Below are positions 40,627-50,284 of a stretch of DNA of 64,000 nucleotides, piece by piece. The translations under genes and the position numbers were made by a program. Source of the stretch: a virus (taxonomy: Duplodnaviria > Heunggongvirae > Uroviricota > Caudoviricetes); the IMG/VR virus record IMGVR_UViG_3300035501_000704, positions 1 through 64,000 of that record. One strand, 5' to 3'. The notes under the pieces were generated by a model. That model was not told where the DNA came from. It saw only the letters and a program-made list of their open reading frames with translations, and did no database searches. Position 1 is the stretch's first letter, and each line of letters starts with the position of its first letter.

Positions 40627-41379
40627 TTAACTTACAACCAGATTCCAAGTATTCTCACTTAAAGCATTTAAAGTTCTATAACACTTATATTTTCCACTAT
40701 AATTGTCGCCAACATAAGAAATAGTCTTTACATCACTACTCAAAGTAACTTCAAATCCATCACTCGTAACCTTACTAATATTTAAGTTGCTTGGAACAAT
40801 AATCCAAATATATTGTCCTGTTCCGGTCTTAATTTTAGCATTAAAAGAAGAGCCAGTTGTTATGGTATGAGTTAAACCTACAATCAAGTCAGATAATGTA
40901 GAATCATTAACAGATTCTGATTCAGAAGCTCCGTAATGAACCACATATCGAGTTGTAGAACGAGATGCACTTGTTCTACCTTCCTTAGCAGCAGTAATCT
41001 TATACGATAAAATGTTAGAATCAACCTCTGTTGTAATCTTTCCACTACTTTCTTTTCCATCATAAATTGTTTCACTATTTTTAAAAATAGAAACAGTATC
41101 AGGAGAAAAAGTCTTACCATTTTCAGTAACACTCCACTGTAATGTATCCGTATCACAAGAAGAATTTGTTGATGCACTAAACGAAACATTGATTGGAAAG
41201 ACTGAATCCAACAACTTTTCAATCTTTTCTAAATTATCATCATGAGCTTGCTGCAACTCATCCAATTTAACGTTAAGCCTCTTACCATTAGCGTCATACA
41301 CGGCAGCTTCAGCTGTAAAAGGGGATATTAGCCCACCTGACTTATCACTAAGCTGCTTAATAGTAGTCGTTGTAGCCAT
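40627..41379 (-). CDS. Hypothetical protein (Ser/Thr-rich, possibly structural)
   Basis: 250-aa ORF. Confidence 0.5.
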   Translation of the reverse strand: MATTTTIKQLSDKSGGLISPFTAEAAVYDANGKRLNVKLDELQQAHDDNLEKIEKLLDSVFPINVSFSASTNSSCDTDTLQWSVTENGKTFSPDTVSIFKNSETIYDGKESSGKITTEVDSNILSYKITAAKEGRTSASRSTTRYVVHYGASESESVNDSTLSDLIVGLTHTITTGSSFNAKIKTGTGQYIWIIVPSNLNISKVTSDGFEVTLSSDVKTISYVGDNYSGKYKCYRTLNALSENTWNLVVS

Positions 41380-41504
41380 TATTATAAATTGATTTTTATA
41401 TAATATAAATATTAACTCACGTTGATTTCAGACGAAAATGATAACAATTTGCTTATTTAAGACAATATATTTATATTTTATATATAATCATTTGATTTTA
41501 TATT

Positions 41505-42278
41505 ATGCCAAAGAAAAGAGGTAGAAAGAAAAAGCGAGGCCCTAAGAAAAAAAAGCCAGTTGTTGTTCACAAATACGTTGGATTAAAACGCCCATACCAT
41601 ATTATCACATCCAATAATGGGATGCAAATTAAAGATATATATTCAGGGGTTAATATCGAATATGCTTTAAACAAATTAAAGGAATTGCAAAAAGAATACA
41701 ATAAAGATATTGTATTCCCTGTTAGATTTATATCAAATAAGAAAGAGAAAACATTTATTGAATGTGATTATAAACTAATCCTCATTAAGAAAAGAACCGA
41801 TGAGCCTAATGAATATGAAGGTAAAGTAAAAAATGAATTTGGCAAATATGTTGATTGTGTAACAGATAGTGAACATTGGATTTTTATTGATGAATTACCA
41901 TATCAAATTGAAGAAACATTTTGGGTATATGGCTATAATCCTAAGAGACAAAGAAAAACATTCAATTTTATATTTGATAATTTAATTCAATATAGTGAAA
42001 AAAATAAATATTATTTTAAGGAATTGGTCGTTTTTAAAAATAAGCTATTGATTAACTCAAACGATGAATTTAATATGATTATCTGTAAGAACCATAAAGA
42101 TAGTGTAAGACTATATAATAAGATTCATGAGGTAGCAGATAATAAAAAGATAAAATATTTGGTATATGGTGGCGATATACAAAAATCTTCCTATTCATTC
42201 CACATATGGTATAATAAAATTAAATCATTAACCAATTGGAATAATAGGAAGATAATGAAAAATACCACAAGAGATTAG
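41505..42278 (+). CDS. Hypothetical protein with a polybasic N-terminus (KKRGRKKKRGPKKKK)
   Basis: Lone plus-strand gene within a minus-strand block. Confidence 0.5.
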   Translation: MPKKRGRKKKRGPKKKKPVVVHKYVGLKRPYHIITSNNGMQIKDIYSGVNIEYALNKLKELQKEYNKDIVFPVRFISNKKEKTFIECDYKLILIKKRTDEPNEYEGKVKNEFGKYVDCVTDSEHWIFIDELPYQIEETFWVYGYNPKRQRKTFNFIFDNLIQYSEKNKYYFKELVVFKNKLLINSNDEFNMIICKNHKDSVRLYNKIHEVADNKKIKYLVYGGDIQKSSYSFHIWYNKIKSLTNWNNRKIMKNTTRD

Positions 42279-42284
42279 AAAGTA

Positions 42285-42659
42285 TTATTCAATAACTTTA
42301 TTATAAAACTTTTCTGATAATTCTACAATAGACTTTATATCTTGTTCTGAAGGATGTTCAAAATCAATATTGTCAAACTCATGTAGAGATTGCTTAATTA
42401 CTTCAACAAGTTTATCTTCTTTTCCTTTAATATCTTCATAATGTTCGGCAACAATTTTTGCGACAACACCGGAAGCTATTCCAAGTTCATTATAAAGTTG
42501 TTTATCTGCTAAATTGCTATCATCATAATCATAATCTTCATATTCAAAGAATAATTTATAATAAATGTCACTCATCATTTTAAGATGCTCAACAGAAATA
42601 TTACAATTATTTTTCATTACGCCTAAAAATTCATCAATCCAATTTTCATTGTTTTTCAT
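42285..42659 (-). CDS. Hypothetical protein
   Basis: 124-aa ORF. Confidence 0.4.
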   Translation of the reverse strand: MKNNENWIDEFLGVMKNNCNISVEHLKMMSDIYYKLFFEYEDYDYDDSNLADKQLYNELGIASGVVAKIVAEHYEDIKGKEDKLVEVIKQSLHEFDNIDFEHPSEQDIKSIVELSEKFYNKVIE

Positions 42660-42682
42660 TTATTTTTAATTTTATATATTAT

Positions 42683-43159
42683 TTATTTTATTTGACTATC
42701 AAGTTGATAGAATATCTTATAAGTTTCATAGATATCATCAAAAAATTTCTTATACTTTTCAGTGATTTTAGTATCAATCTTTGTAACATCTATCTTAGAG
42801 AAATCATTTATTTTATAGATAAGAGTCTTGACAATTTCTTTAGATTCGAATTGTTTCTTACCAATATCCAAATCCATTACAAATAATGTAATTGTAAATG
42901 CAACCAATGATAGTTGTAGTGATTCATCATTCAATTTTCCATCAATTACATCATAGAATTTACCATAAATTCTACTAATTAAACGATACTTATCCCAAGG
43001 TATTTCCTTTTCGGATTCAAGTTTTTCATATAATATAGTGGCCTCCATTACAGGAAAGATTCTTGTTTTGAAAATAACCTTGTTTAATTCTTTCGTCTCA
43101 TTTGCTTGAATATCACAAAGCATTTTATAATAATCTACATTATCATTCTTTTCTTCCAT
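42683..43159 (-). CDS. Hypothetical protein
   Basis: 158-aa ORF. Confidence 0.4.
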   Translation of the reverse strand: MEEKNDNVDYYKMLCDIQANETKELNKVIFKTRIFPVMEATILYEKLESEKEIPWDKYRLISRIYGKFYDVIDGKLNDESLQLSLVAFTITLFVMDLDIGKKQFESKEIVKTLIYKINDFSKIDVTKIDTKITEKYKKFFDDIYETYKIFYQLDSQIK

Positions 43160-43199
43160 AATTCAATATTTTATATAAGTTGTTATAACAAATATATTG

Positions 43200-43559
43200 T
43201 TAATCCTCTTTTAAATTTCTACAATCTTTAAGTATATTTTTATACCAAAAACCATCTTTTAAAAGATAATATGTATAATACATATGTATTTGATATTCAT
43301 GTAGTATAATTACATCAGCATAAGATGTTTCTTTTTCAGACAAATCAGATATATTTTCAATATCTTGAATTATATTGTTAAGAATATCACAGGCTCTATG
43401 TAAATACCCAATTCCTTCATCATCATAATTCTTATAATGCTCAAACAGCTTATTTGATTCACGTTCAAATATGGCGACTTTAGCATCACATTCCTCTTTT
43501 AAGCCTTGAATTCTATTCTTGATTTCATTCTTAGCATATTCTTGCGACTGTAAATCCAT
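43200..43559 (-). CDS. Hypothetical protein
   Basis: 119-aa ORF. Confidence 0.4.
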   Translation of the reverse strand: MDLQSQEYAKNEIKNRIQGLKEECDAKVAIFERESNKLFEHYKNYDDEGIGYLHRACDILNNIIQDIENISDLSEKETSYADVIILHEYQIHMYYTYYLLKDGFWYKNILKDCRNLKED

Positions 43560-43579
43560 ATAATATTATGCTTAAAATT

Positions 43580-43816
43580 TTATTCTTTTACAAATATACT
43601 AAGAAACTTTTGTATCTTATTCAACACTTTAAACTTTATCTGTTTCATTTTTGAAATTTTAACCTCTTTCTTACCATTTAGCACTGATATCATATCATTG
43701 CCCAATTCTCCTTTCAGCTTTTCAGACATTTCATATTGAGCTGCTGCAACAGCCCTTCTTGTCATTTCTTTATCAGCTTTAAATCCATCTAATTCTCTGC
43801 TTATTTCAGTTCTCAT
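43580..43816 (-). CDS. Hypothetical protein
   Basis: 78-aa ORF. Confidence 0.35.
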   Translation of the reverse strand: MRTEISRELDGFKADKEMTRRAVAAAQYEMSEKLKGELGNDMISVLNGKKEVKISKMKQIKFKVLNKIQKFLSIFVKE

Positions 43817-44159
43817 ATTTGCTTTGAATATTATTGATTATATAAGTGATTCCACCGCTAAAGAAAGCATCAAATATAATAATTAAAGGCCAATATTCAT
43901 AATGTTCATAGAACATAATTGAAAATGGTGTAAATGGTATTGTACAACAAGTCATACTAACAATGGATAAAATAATTCCTACATTAGTTGGTAAACAAAA
44001 CATACAAGAAAACAATTCTTCAAATGTTTTATTCTTGTTGCTAATCCACGTTCTAAATCTATCAATAATATTAAATGGCCCATTGAAATATACAAGGGCA
44101 TTGGATATTCCATAGACCATTATTGAATACACTATAACGAAAACAAGATAATTCATCAT
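43806..44159 (-). CDS. Multi-pass small membrane protein (holin-like candidate)
   Basis: Several hydrophobic segments in 117 aa. Confidence 0.35.
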   Translation of the reverse strand: MMNYLVFVIVYSIMVYGISNALVYFNGPFNIIDRFRTWISNKNKTFEELFSCMFCLPTNVGIILSIVSMTCCTIPFTPFSIMFYEHYEYWPLIIIFDAFFSGGITYIINNIQSKYEN

Positions 44160-44163
44160 TAAA

Positions 44164-44808
44164 TTAACCCCTTAAATCATCAATTTCACTTTTCGATAAA
44201 TCGCTTGCATTGCGTGTTTCATGAAACTCATTGATTTTCTCATTTACAGGAACATTTAATTTTTCTTCATTTGGCTGAGAATTCATGTTCTTAGTAGCTT
44301 TAACCACGCTTTCAGGAATATCTGTACTATTACTAATATCAGAATTTAATTGTTTAATAACATCTTTCTTTGTCTTTGCTTTAGCTTTCTTTTTAATATC
44401 TTGCTTTACTGATTCAACAACAATACCAGTTGGCTTACTTTCTTTTTGATAATCAAAAACAAATTTCAAAGCTAATAAGTCATTATAAGTATATTCTTCA
44501 CTTGAAAATAATACCTTTAATTCACTTGCTTTCTTTTGGAATAATTCTGCTTTCTTAAATGCATCAATATTCGTATTGATTGTTTCTTCAATCAAATCAA
44601 TAATATTATCCAAAGAAACAGAAGTATCTGTTGCAATGTACCAAAATCTGTAAGCTACATTTTCATCCTGAATGGCATTGATTTTACCATTCTCTGATGA
44701 ATATGCACACCATTTAGGTTTAAAATTCACACAAACAACCCATTTTCCTTCATATTGCTCTAAACTCTGGAAATATTCTCTAATATTACTTAATCTATCT
44801 TGTACCAT
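44164..44808 (-). CDS. Hypothetical protein
   Basis: 214-aa ORF. Confidence 0.45.
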   Translation of the reverse strand: MVQDRLSNIREYFQSLEQYEGKWVVCVNFKPKWCAYSSENGKINAIQDENVAYRFWYIATDTSVSLDNIIDLIEETINTNIDAFKKAELFQKKASELKVLFSSEEYTYNDLLALKFVFDYQKESKPTGIVVESVKQDIKKKAKAKTKKDVIKQLNSDISNSTDIPESVVKATKNMNSQPNEEKLNVPVNEKINEFHETRNASDLSKSEIDDLRG

Positions 44809-44811
44809 ATT

Positions 44812-45603
44812 TTAATCAATGTATTTCGGCTTATATCCTTTCTCTAATAGGTTAATTGCTTCCATTGGAGTATAATTATACTCTCCCGCATAATGCCGAC
44901 AATCATTCTTAACCCATGTTAACTTTTCAGGTTTATATCTTTCATCCAAATAAGGCTTCAATATAATCTCACAATCTTCATTTTCTAAGTAGTGGTTAAT
45001 TACTTTTCTATATTTATTATCACTATATGAAATATAAATGTGACTTCGCGTTACATCTTGAATGCTACACAACGCATAATTGATAATTTGATATCCAGAT
45101 GGTTCATGATATTCACATAATATTTTTTCTTGTAAATCAAATTCGTCAACTACAATATCATCAAATTTAATACTAATGCCATCATGGAGTTTTGTAAGAA
45201 AATATACATGCACCTTATCAACAAGACCATTTAAAGGGTTGATACTAAAATCACAATTCGAAGAATTATATTCATCAAATTTAAGAATCATCTTTTCAGG
45301 AATACTTTCAAGAACTTTACGTAATTCAAGTGAAAAATTCGCCTTATTATGAGTAATAATACCAACATTTATAGTTCTATCACTGATATAACCATATAAT
45401 ATTTCCCAAGCAATAGCTAAGCACAATATGGTTGTTGTTCCTGAACATCTATATTTGTTAATAGCAACTTGATTATGTTCATTGATAAATTTAACAAGTT
45501 CTTTTTGCTGGAATGATAAATCCATTCCTTGACTTTTAAAATATCTCTCAGTGAAATCAACAAAGTCTACACATACTCTTTCTTGTGGATTATATAAAAT
45601 CAT
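44812..45603 (-). CDS. P-loop NTPase-like hypothetical protein
   Basis: Possible Walker A RCSGTTTI and Walker B DIVVDEFD. The assignment is weak. Confidence 0.3.
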   Translation of the reverse strand: MILYNPQERVCVDFVDFTERYFKSQGMDLSFQQKELVKFINEHNQVAINKYRCSGTTTILCLAIAWEILYGYISDRTINVGIITHNKANFSLELRKVLESIPEKMILKFDEYNSSNCDFSINPLNGLVDKVHVYFLTKLHDGISIKFDDIVVDEFDLQEKILCEYHEPSGYQIINYALCSIQDVTRSHIYISYSDNKYRKVINHYLENEDCEIILKPYLDERYKPEKLTWVKNDCRHYAGEYNYTPMEAINLLEKGYKPKYID

Positions 45604-45610
45604 ATATCAA

Positions 45611-45817
45611 TTAAATTTTAATTAAATAAGTTATAATATAGGATAAAGCTAATCCCAAGTAAAGAAATCCATGTTTCCCCAAATCAACTTTTCCTGATTT
45701 TAACAAATAAACAATAATGGTTTCAAACACAAGCTTTACTGTATATAAGCAAGATAAGATAAAAACAAACAACCAAACACAGTTTAAAGCATAAAACCAT
45801 ATTTCAACAAAGCTCAT
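45611..45817 (-). CDS. Small membrane protein
   Basis: 68-aa hydrophobic ORF. Confidence 0.35.
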   Translation of the reverse strand: MSFVEIWFYALNCVWLFVFILSCLYTVKLVFETIIVYLLKSGKVDLGKHGFLYLGLALSYIITYLIKI

Positions 45818-46086
45818 TATCCTTCCTTATTTTCAACATTATTATCATCTTGAACAATCTTCAACAAATACTTTGACTTATCATTGATATTGATTGAAAA
45901 TTCATTTACACCTAATTCCTTACATTTATTATCAATGTACCAAGTAATCAATCTAAGAATTTCTTCTTCCTTTAATTCTCGTCTAAATTTACTAATTTGA
46001 TTCTTATTTGATACTTTCTTTGAAATAATAGCTTTACCGTTATTTCCTAAGAAGATATCTAAACATTCAGCACTATTATTTGCCAT
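45817..46086 (-). CDS. Hypothetical protein
   Basis: 89-aa ORF. Confidence 0.35.
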   Translation of the reverse strand: MANNSAECLDIFLGNNGKAIISKKVSNKNQISKFRRELKEEEILRLITWYIDNKCKELGVNEFSININDKSKYLLKIVQDDNNVENKEG

Positions 46087-46234
46087 ATATATTATTATCT
46101 TTTTATAAAATATAACATTTTCTTTTAAAAATTCAATAGTTTAATAAAGAAAAATAAATAAAAAAATTGGCACCATTTTGCAATGATGCCAACCAACAAA
46201 TTAAACAATAAATTTTATGATATTCGAACTTTAA

Positions 46235-46612
46235 TTATTTCTCGTTATCGGCTGAGATAATCTTCTCTAAATCTTCCATTGAATAAGGGCAATGTTCAGG
46301 ACACGTATTTGCATCCTGACAACCATTTGCAATAAGAAATGTAACTATTTTCTGCATTCGTTTCAATTCTAATGTGTTTTTCTCAATGAGAGCTGTCTGT
46401 GCAAGAACTTGCTCACCCAATTGCTTGATTTGCAAATCCTTTACATTCAAAGCTTCCTCATAAGCTTTATCTTTTGTTACCTGCAATTCTTGTAACAATT
46501 CTAATTCCTTCTTGATGGAATCTAAGTCTCTGCCTTTCTTTCCTGCCCAAAACTGATATACGTTACCAGCCATGGATATAATGAATAGGACAATTGCTGC
46601 TTCTAATGTCAT
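46235..46612 (-). CDS. Membrane-anchored coiled-coil protein with a C-terminal Cys cluster (spanin-like candidate)
   Basis: N-terminal transmembrane segment, coiled coil, and C-terminal CQDANTCPEHCPY. Confidence 0.3.
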   Translation of the reverse strand: MTLEAAIVLFIISMAGNVYQFWAGKKGRDLDSIKKELELLQELQVTKDKAYEEALNVKDLQIKQLGEQVLAQTALIEKNTLELKRMQKIVTFLIANGCQDANTCPEHCPYSMEDLEKIISADNEK

Positions 46613-46636
46613 TTCGTTTATTGGTTAATAATTTGA

Positions 46637-47452
46637 TTATTCCATTAACTTTCTTACACGGCCAAGCATATCACCAATATTCTTATCCTCATTCATTCTA
46701 AGAGCATTGGTTGTTTTTGATTTTTGACCTTTGTAATCGAATAGATACTTAATCCTATCCATTTCAGAATTAACTTTTGATTCGTTCAATTGTTTTTCTA
46801 CATCAGGTTGTTTATGCCACTCAACAAGATACTTATCACCATAGCAATCCTGCATATAGAATTTCTTTCCTTCCACCTTATATTCATCAGGAACATGAGA
46901 TAACATGTGACTCTCAGAAATGAATTGAACTCGCTTAAACTTTAATAAGCTAATCTTTTTTGACTCTCCTACAACATCATCATGCAAATGTGTTTTTTCC
47001 TTTGGTTTTTGTGCATTTGTAATACCAACCTCAGATTGTGCATCTTGCATCTTCTTTAAATCAGTTGCTTTTCTTTCAACTTCCTTCGCAATCGCATCAT
47101 CAAATGTTGCATTACCATGTACTTCCTTACCATGATTTTTCTTTTCAAGAGCACTTGTATAGCCTTCATATCCAGCTTTAGCTCTTTCCTTAAAATCATC
47201 ACTTACTTCACCGTCATACTGCAAATCACTCAAACCCTTATTTACATCAGACATTATAGAAGAACCATGCTTTACAGTTTTGGATTGTGATAACCCACCA
47301 TTATATGCTTTGGTTTCCTTTTTGATGTCACTGTAGGCCTTATCGTTGATTTTCTTGTTTTGACTTTCCACCCCATCACCAAACTTAGGCTTAAATTCAT
47401 TGGTGCTTTCCTGGAGTTGTTTTCTCAAATCGCCAAACTTGTAACTTCTCAT
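46637..47452 (-). CDS. Hypothetical protein
   Basis: 271-aa ORF. Confidence 0.45.
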   Translation of the reverse strand: MRSYKFGDLRKQLQESTNEFKPKFGDGVESQNKKINDKAYSDIKKETKAYNGGLSQSKTVKHGSSIMSDVNKGLSDLQYDGEVSDDFKERAKAGYEGYTSALEKKNHGKEVHGNATFDDAIAKEVERKATDLKKMQDAQSEVGITNAQKPKEKTHLHDDVVGESKKISLLKFKRVQFISESHMLSHVPDEYKVEGKKFYMQDCYGDKYLVEWHKQPDVEKQLNESKVNSEMDRIKYLFDYKGQKSKTTNALRMNEDKNIGDMLGRVRKLME

Positions 47453-47486
47453 TATATATATTGTATATTATTATTCTTATTTTTTT

Positions 47487-47723
47487 TTAATACATAGGTT
47501 GATACGGATTACGTGTCATATATATTCCTCTCAACATTTGTTCGAATCTCAGTTTTGTTAATTTATCACCATCAACAACTTCTTTTTCAGATTCTTCTTT
47601 AATCATATCTTCAATTTCTTGCATTCCTTTAATAACAAGATTTTCATTGAATGTTCCAGTAGAATCAAGAATATTCATTTTACTTTCTACGTTTAGGAAT
47701 TGAAATTGAACCACCCTTACCAT
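47487..47723 (-). CDS. Hypothetical protein
   Basis: 78-aa ORF. Confidence 0.35.
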   Translation of the reverse strand: MVRVVQFQFLNVESKMNILDSTGTFNENLVIKGMQEIEDMIKEESEKEVVDGDKLTKLRFEQMLRGIYMTRNPYQPMY

Positions 47724-48003
47724 CTTTACGATTCAATACAGGTGTCATATCAACATTAGATTCTTGCTTCGTAATATCATCTGTTGACTTTGCTCCAATC
47801 TTACGCCTTTGAATTTTACCAAAAGGAACGGTATATTGGCCTGAACCCATTTCACCAGTTCCGCAAGCATTAGTTGCCCCACCAGCACTCGGCCCACCCA
47901 TAGTTGCCATTTCACCATCTTCTTTCAAGATTATTCTAACGGCTTCCATAACCATATTTTGAACATCAGATTCTGTAATTCTGATAATCTGTTTCTTTGT
48001 CAT
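47680..48003 (-). CDS. Hypothetical protein
   Basis: 107-aa ORF overlapping the upstream gene. Confidence 0.35.
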   Translation of the reverse strand: MTKKQIIRITESDVQNMVMEAVRIILKEDGEMATMGGPSAGGATNACGTGEMGSGQYTVPFGKIQRRKIGAKSTDDITKQESNVDMTPVLNRKDGKGGSISIPKRRK

Positions 48004-48034
48004 ATGTAATATATAACTTTATTAGTATTATAAT

Positions 48035-48400
48035 TCAAATCAATTGAGAATTTCTAATGAAATAATCGTACAATTTATGCATGTTATCATTAAAATTACG
48101 ATTATTAAAAATATATTGCTTTGTATGTACAGAATGTTTCTTTCCGTTTGCATCTTCAGGCTCTGTAATATTCTCTTTCTTTGTAATTAAGCCTAAATCA
48201 AGCATCTTATTTAATAAATCTCGTTCACCAATACTATTTTTTACAAAGAATTCATCATACTTTGGATGAATGGCATCTTTTCTCAATTCTTTTAAATAAT
48301 CTCTTACATGAGATTCAAATTGATAATAAAGAACCTCCTTTTTATCTTCAAATTCCTTGATAATTCTTAATTGTGATTCGTTTAATATAATAGTTGCCAT
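48035..48400 (-). CDS. Hypothetical protein
   Basis: 121-aa ORF. Confidence 0.4.
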   Translation of the reverse strand: MATIILNESQLRIIKEFEDKKEVLYYQFESHVRDYLKELRKDAIHPKYDEFFVKNSIGERDLLNKMLDLGLITKKENITEPEDANGKKHSVHTKQYIFNNRNFNDNMHKLYDYFIRNSQLI

Positions 48401-48408
48401 AATCTCAA

Positions 48409-48621
48409 TTAGTTTTTAATAGAATTTTTCCAGAATGATTCTCTTTGCCATAGAATTTTAAATACTTCTGATACAACATCAGCAGCCAATGATTTCACAG
48501 CTTTTTTAAATTCTCTTGAAGTTAATTGAGAATCCAATTTTGATGAAATCATAGAGCTAATATCATTTTTTGATAATTCTTCTTCTATAACCGATTTTAA
48601 TGCTTCTTCTGATAAAATCAT
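48409..48621 (-). CDS. Hypothetical protein
   Basis: 70-aa ORF. Confidence 0.35.
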   Translation of the reverse strand: MILSEEALKSVIEEELSKNDISSMISSKLDSQLTSREFKKAVKSLAADVVSEVFKILWQRESFWKNSIKN

Positions 48622-48792
48622 TGTATATGAATAATATATTATATAAATATCATGTTATTTTAATAATGAAATGAAAAAATAATTCAATTATTTTATACAT
48701 TCGATAAAACAAATCATATTCATTATGATATTTATTATATGAGGCTTTCAATAAGAAAGCTGAATAAAATAATAAATTAAAATAATTTAAAG

Positions 48793-50124
48793 ATGGCTGA
48801 CGTAACAAAGAAAACGTTCCAACTATTAAGAAGTTCACAAGTCTATGCTGATTTGGCTGCTGCAAAGACCGCTCTTGCTGGTCTTACTTTGGTATCTGGT
48901 GAACCTGCTGTAGCATTTTACAAGTCCGGTGAAGAGACCTTATCTATTCTCGCTGTAGGTGATAGTACTGGTAAGACTATTTTCTACAATGGTAGTGAGG
49001 TCGAAGCTCTTATTGAAAAGGCTTCAGACAAGGCTACAACGGTTGTTGCTGGCGTAAGTGGCGCAACGGTTGAATCTGAGACTAAGGACGATGGTCATGT
49101 TGAATATACCGTATCTTCTAACCTTGATATTAAGTATGTAGCTTCTTCTGAAGATGCACCTGCTTCAATTAAGTTGGTTGATAGTGACGGTAATGTTCAT
49201 GGTACTGTAGATGTTTCGGATATCATTGGTAATGGTGTTTTGAGTGGCACCTCTTATGATTCTACAACTGGTGTACTTACATTGACGTTCAATCAGGCAG
49301 ATGGCAAGGCCAAGTCTGTTGAGGTTGACCTCAAAGCAATGCTTGACCTTGATGATGTTGTTATTGGTTCTGGTTCTACAGATTATTTGACAACTTCTAC
49401 GACTCAGGCTGAGGAAGGTCAGTTTGTGCTTGATGTTAAGACTAAGGCTATTTCGGCTGCTACGGCTGATGCTACAGGTCTTGCTGATGCTGCTGACGTT
49501 AAGGCTTATGTTGATTCTGCTGTAGGTGATAAGAACGTAAGTGCTGAAGGTGATGACTATGTTGCCGCTTCTGCTGCTGATAACAAGGTAACTGTATCAG
49601 CTACTGTATCTGGTCTCACTGTAACCTCCGCTGAGGGTGCTGACACTACTATTGCTGGTACTGAAAAGACTCTTGTCGATGGTAAAGAGATTGCTGATAA
49701 GGTAGGCTCGTTTGTTAATGCTCGTGTTGCTGAGGAAATTGCTAAGCTTGATGTTGAGGATAGTGCTGTAACTGACCAGTTCGTTACCGTAGTTTCTGAG
49801 GCTGATGGTAAGATTAGTGTTTCTCGTGCTCAGGTTGCCGCCTCTGGTGTAACCGCTGCCTCTATCGCTTCTGGTGATACCACTGTTGCTGTAACTGGTG
49901 CTACTGTTGCTGAGCAAATTTCAAGCATTGCAAAGAGCGTTAAGGCTGTAGAAACCGCTAATTCGCTTAGCGCTGCTAATAAGGGCGTAGAAGTTAAGGC
50001 TGATGAAAACGGTACTACTGTAGGTCTTGTTATTGCTACAACTGGCGCAACCGCTGATTTGCTCTCAATTGGTGAGAACGGTCTTGAAATTAGCGATACC
50101 TATGACTGCGGAACTTGGGCTTGA
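48793..50124 (+). CDS. Abundant virion structural protein candidate (Ala/Val/Thr/Gly/Ser/Asp-rich), possibly capsid, decoration or fibre
   Basis: Local GC is much higher than the flanks. Codon choice is strongly T-ending (GCT/GTT/GGT/ACT). A strong intrinsic terminator follows. There are no Cys or aromatic residues until the C-terminus. Confidence 0.6.
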   Translation: MADVTKKTFQLLRSSQVYADLAAAKTALAGLTLVSGEPAVAFYKSGEETLSILAVGDSTGKTIFYNGSEVEALIEKASDKATTVVAGVSGATVESETKDDGHVEYTVSSNLDIKYVASSEDAPASIKLVDSDGNVHGTVDVSDIIGNGVLSGTSYDSTTGVLTLTFNQADGKAKSVEVDLKAMLDLDDVVIGSGSTDYLTTSTTQAEEGQFVLDVKTKAISAATADATGLADAADVKAYVDSAVGDKNVSAEGDDYVAASAADNKVTVSATVSGLTVTSAEGADTTIAGTEKTLVDGKEIADKVGSFVNARVAEEIAKLDVEDSAVTDQFVTVVSEADGKISVSRAQVAASGVTAASIASGDTTVAVTGATVAEQISSIAKSVKAVETANSLSAANKGVEVKADENGTTVGLVIATTGATADLLSIGENGLEISDTYDCGTWA

Positions 50125-50160
50125 TAAATCGGGCAGTTTAATAGTTAAGTGAAAAGGAAT

Positions 50161-50197
50161 TATCCTCATGGTTTTTATCATGAGGATATTTTTTTTA
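50161..50197 (+). terminator. Rho-independent terminator
   Basis: 10-bp perfect stem tatcctcatg / catgaggata, an 8-nt loop, then T8–9. Confidence 0.8.
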
Positions 50198-50284
50198 TCT
50201 GTATGAAAACAAAAAAAAAAAACATTGGCCATTTTCATAACCAATGCAACAAAATAAAATTATTATAATTGGAACAGAATATTC

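Noticed and set aside
50200-50260. A12 run followed by the cattgg/ccaatg palindrome as a minus-strand terminator for gene 50285–51262
   Set aside because: The stem is only 6 bp with a 12-nt loop. It is too weak to call confidently and is not listed as a feature.
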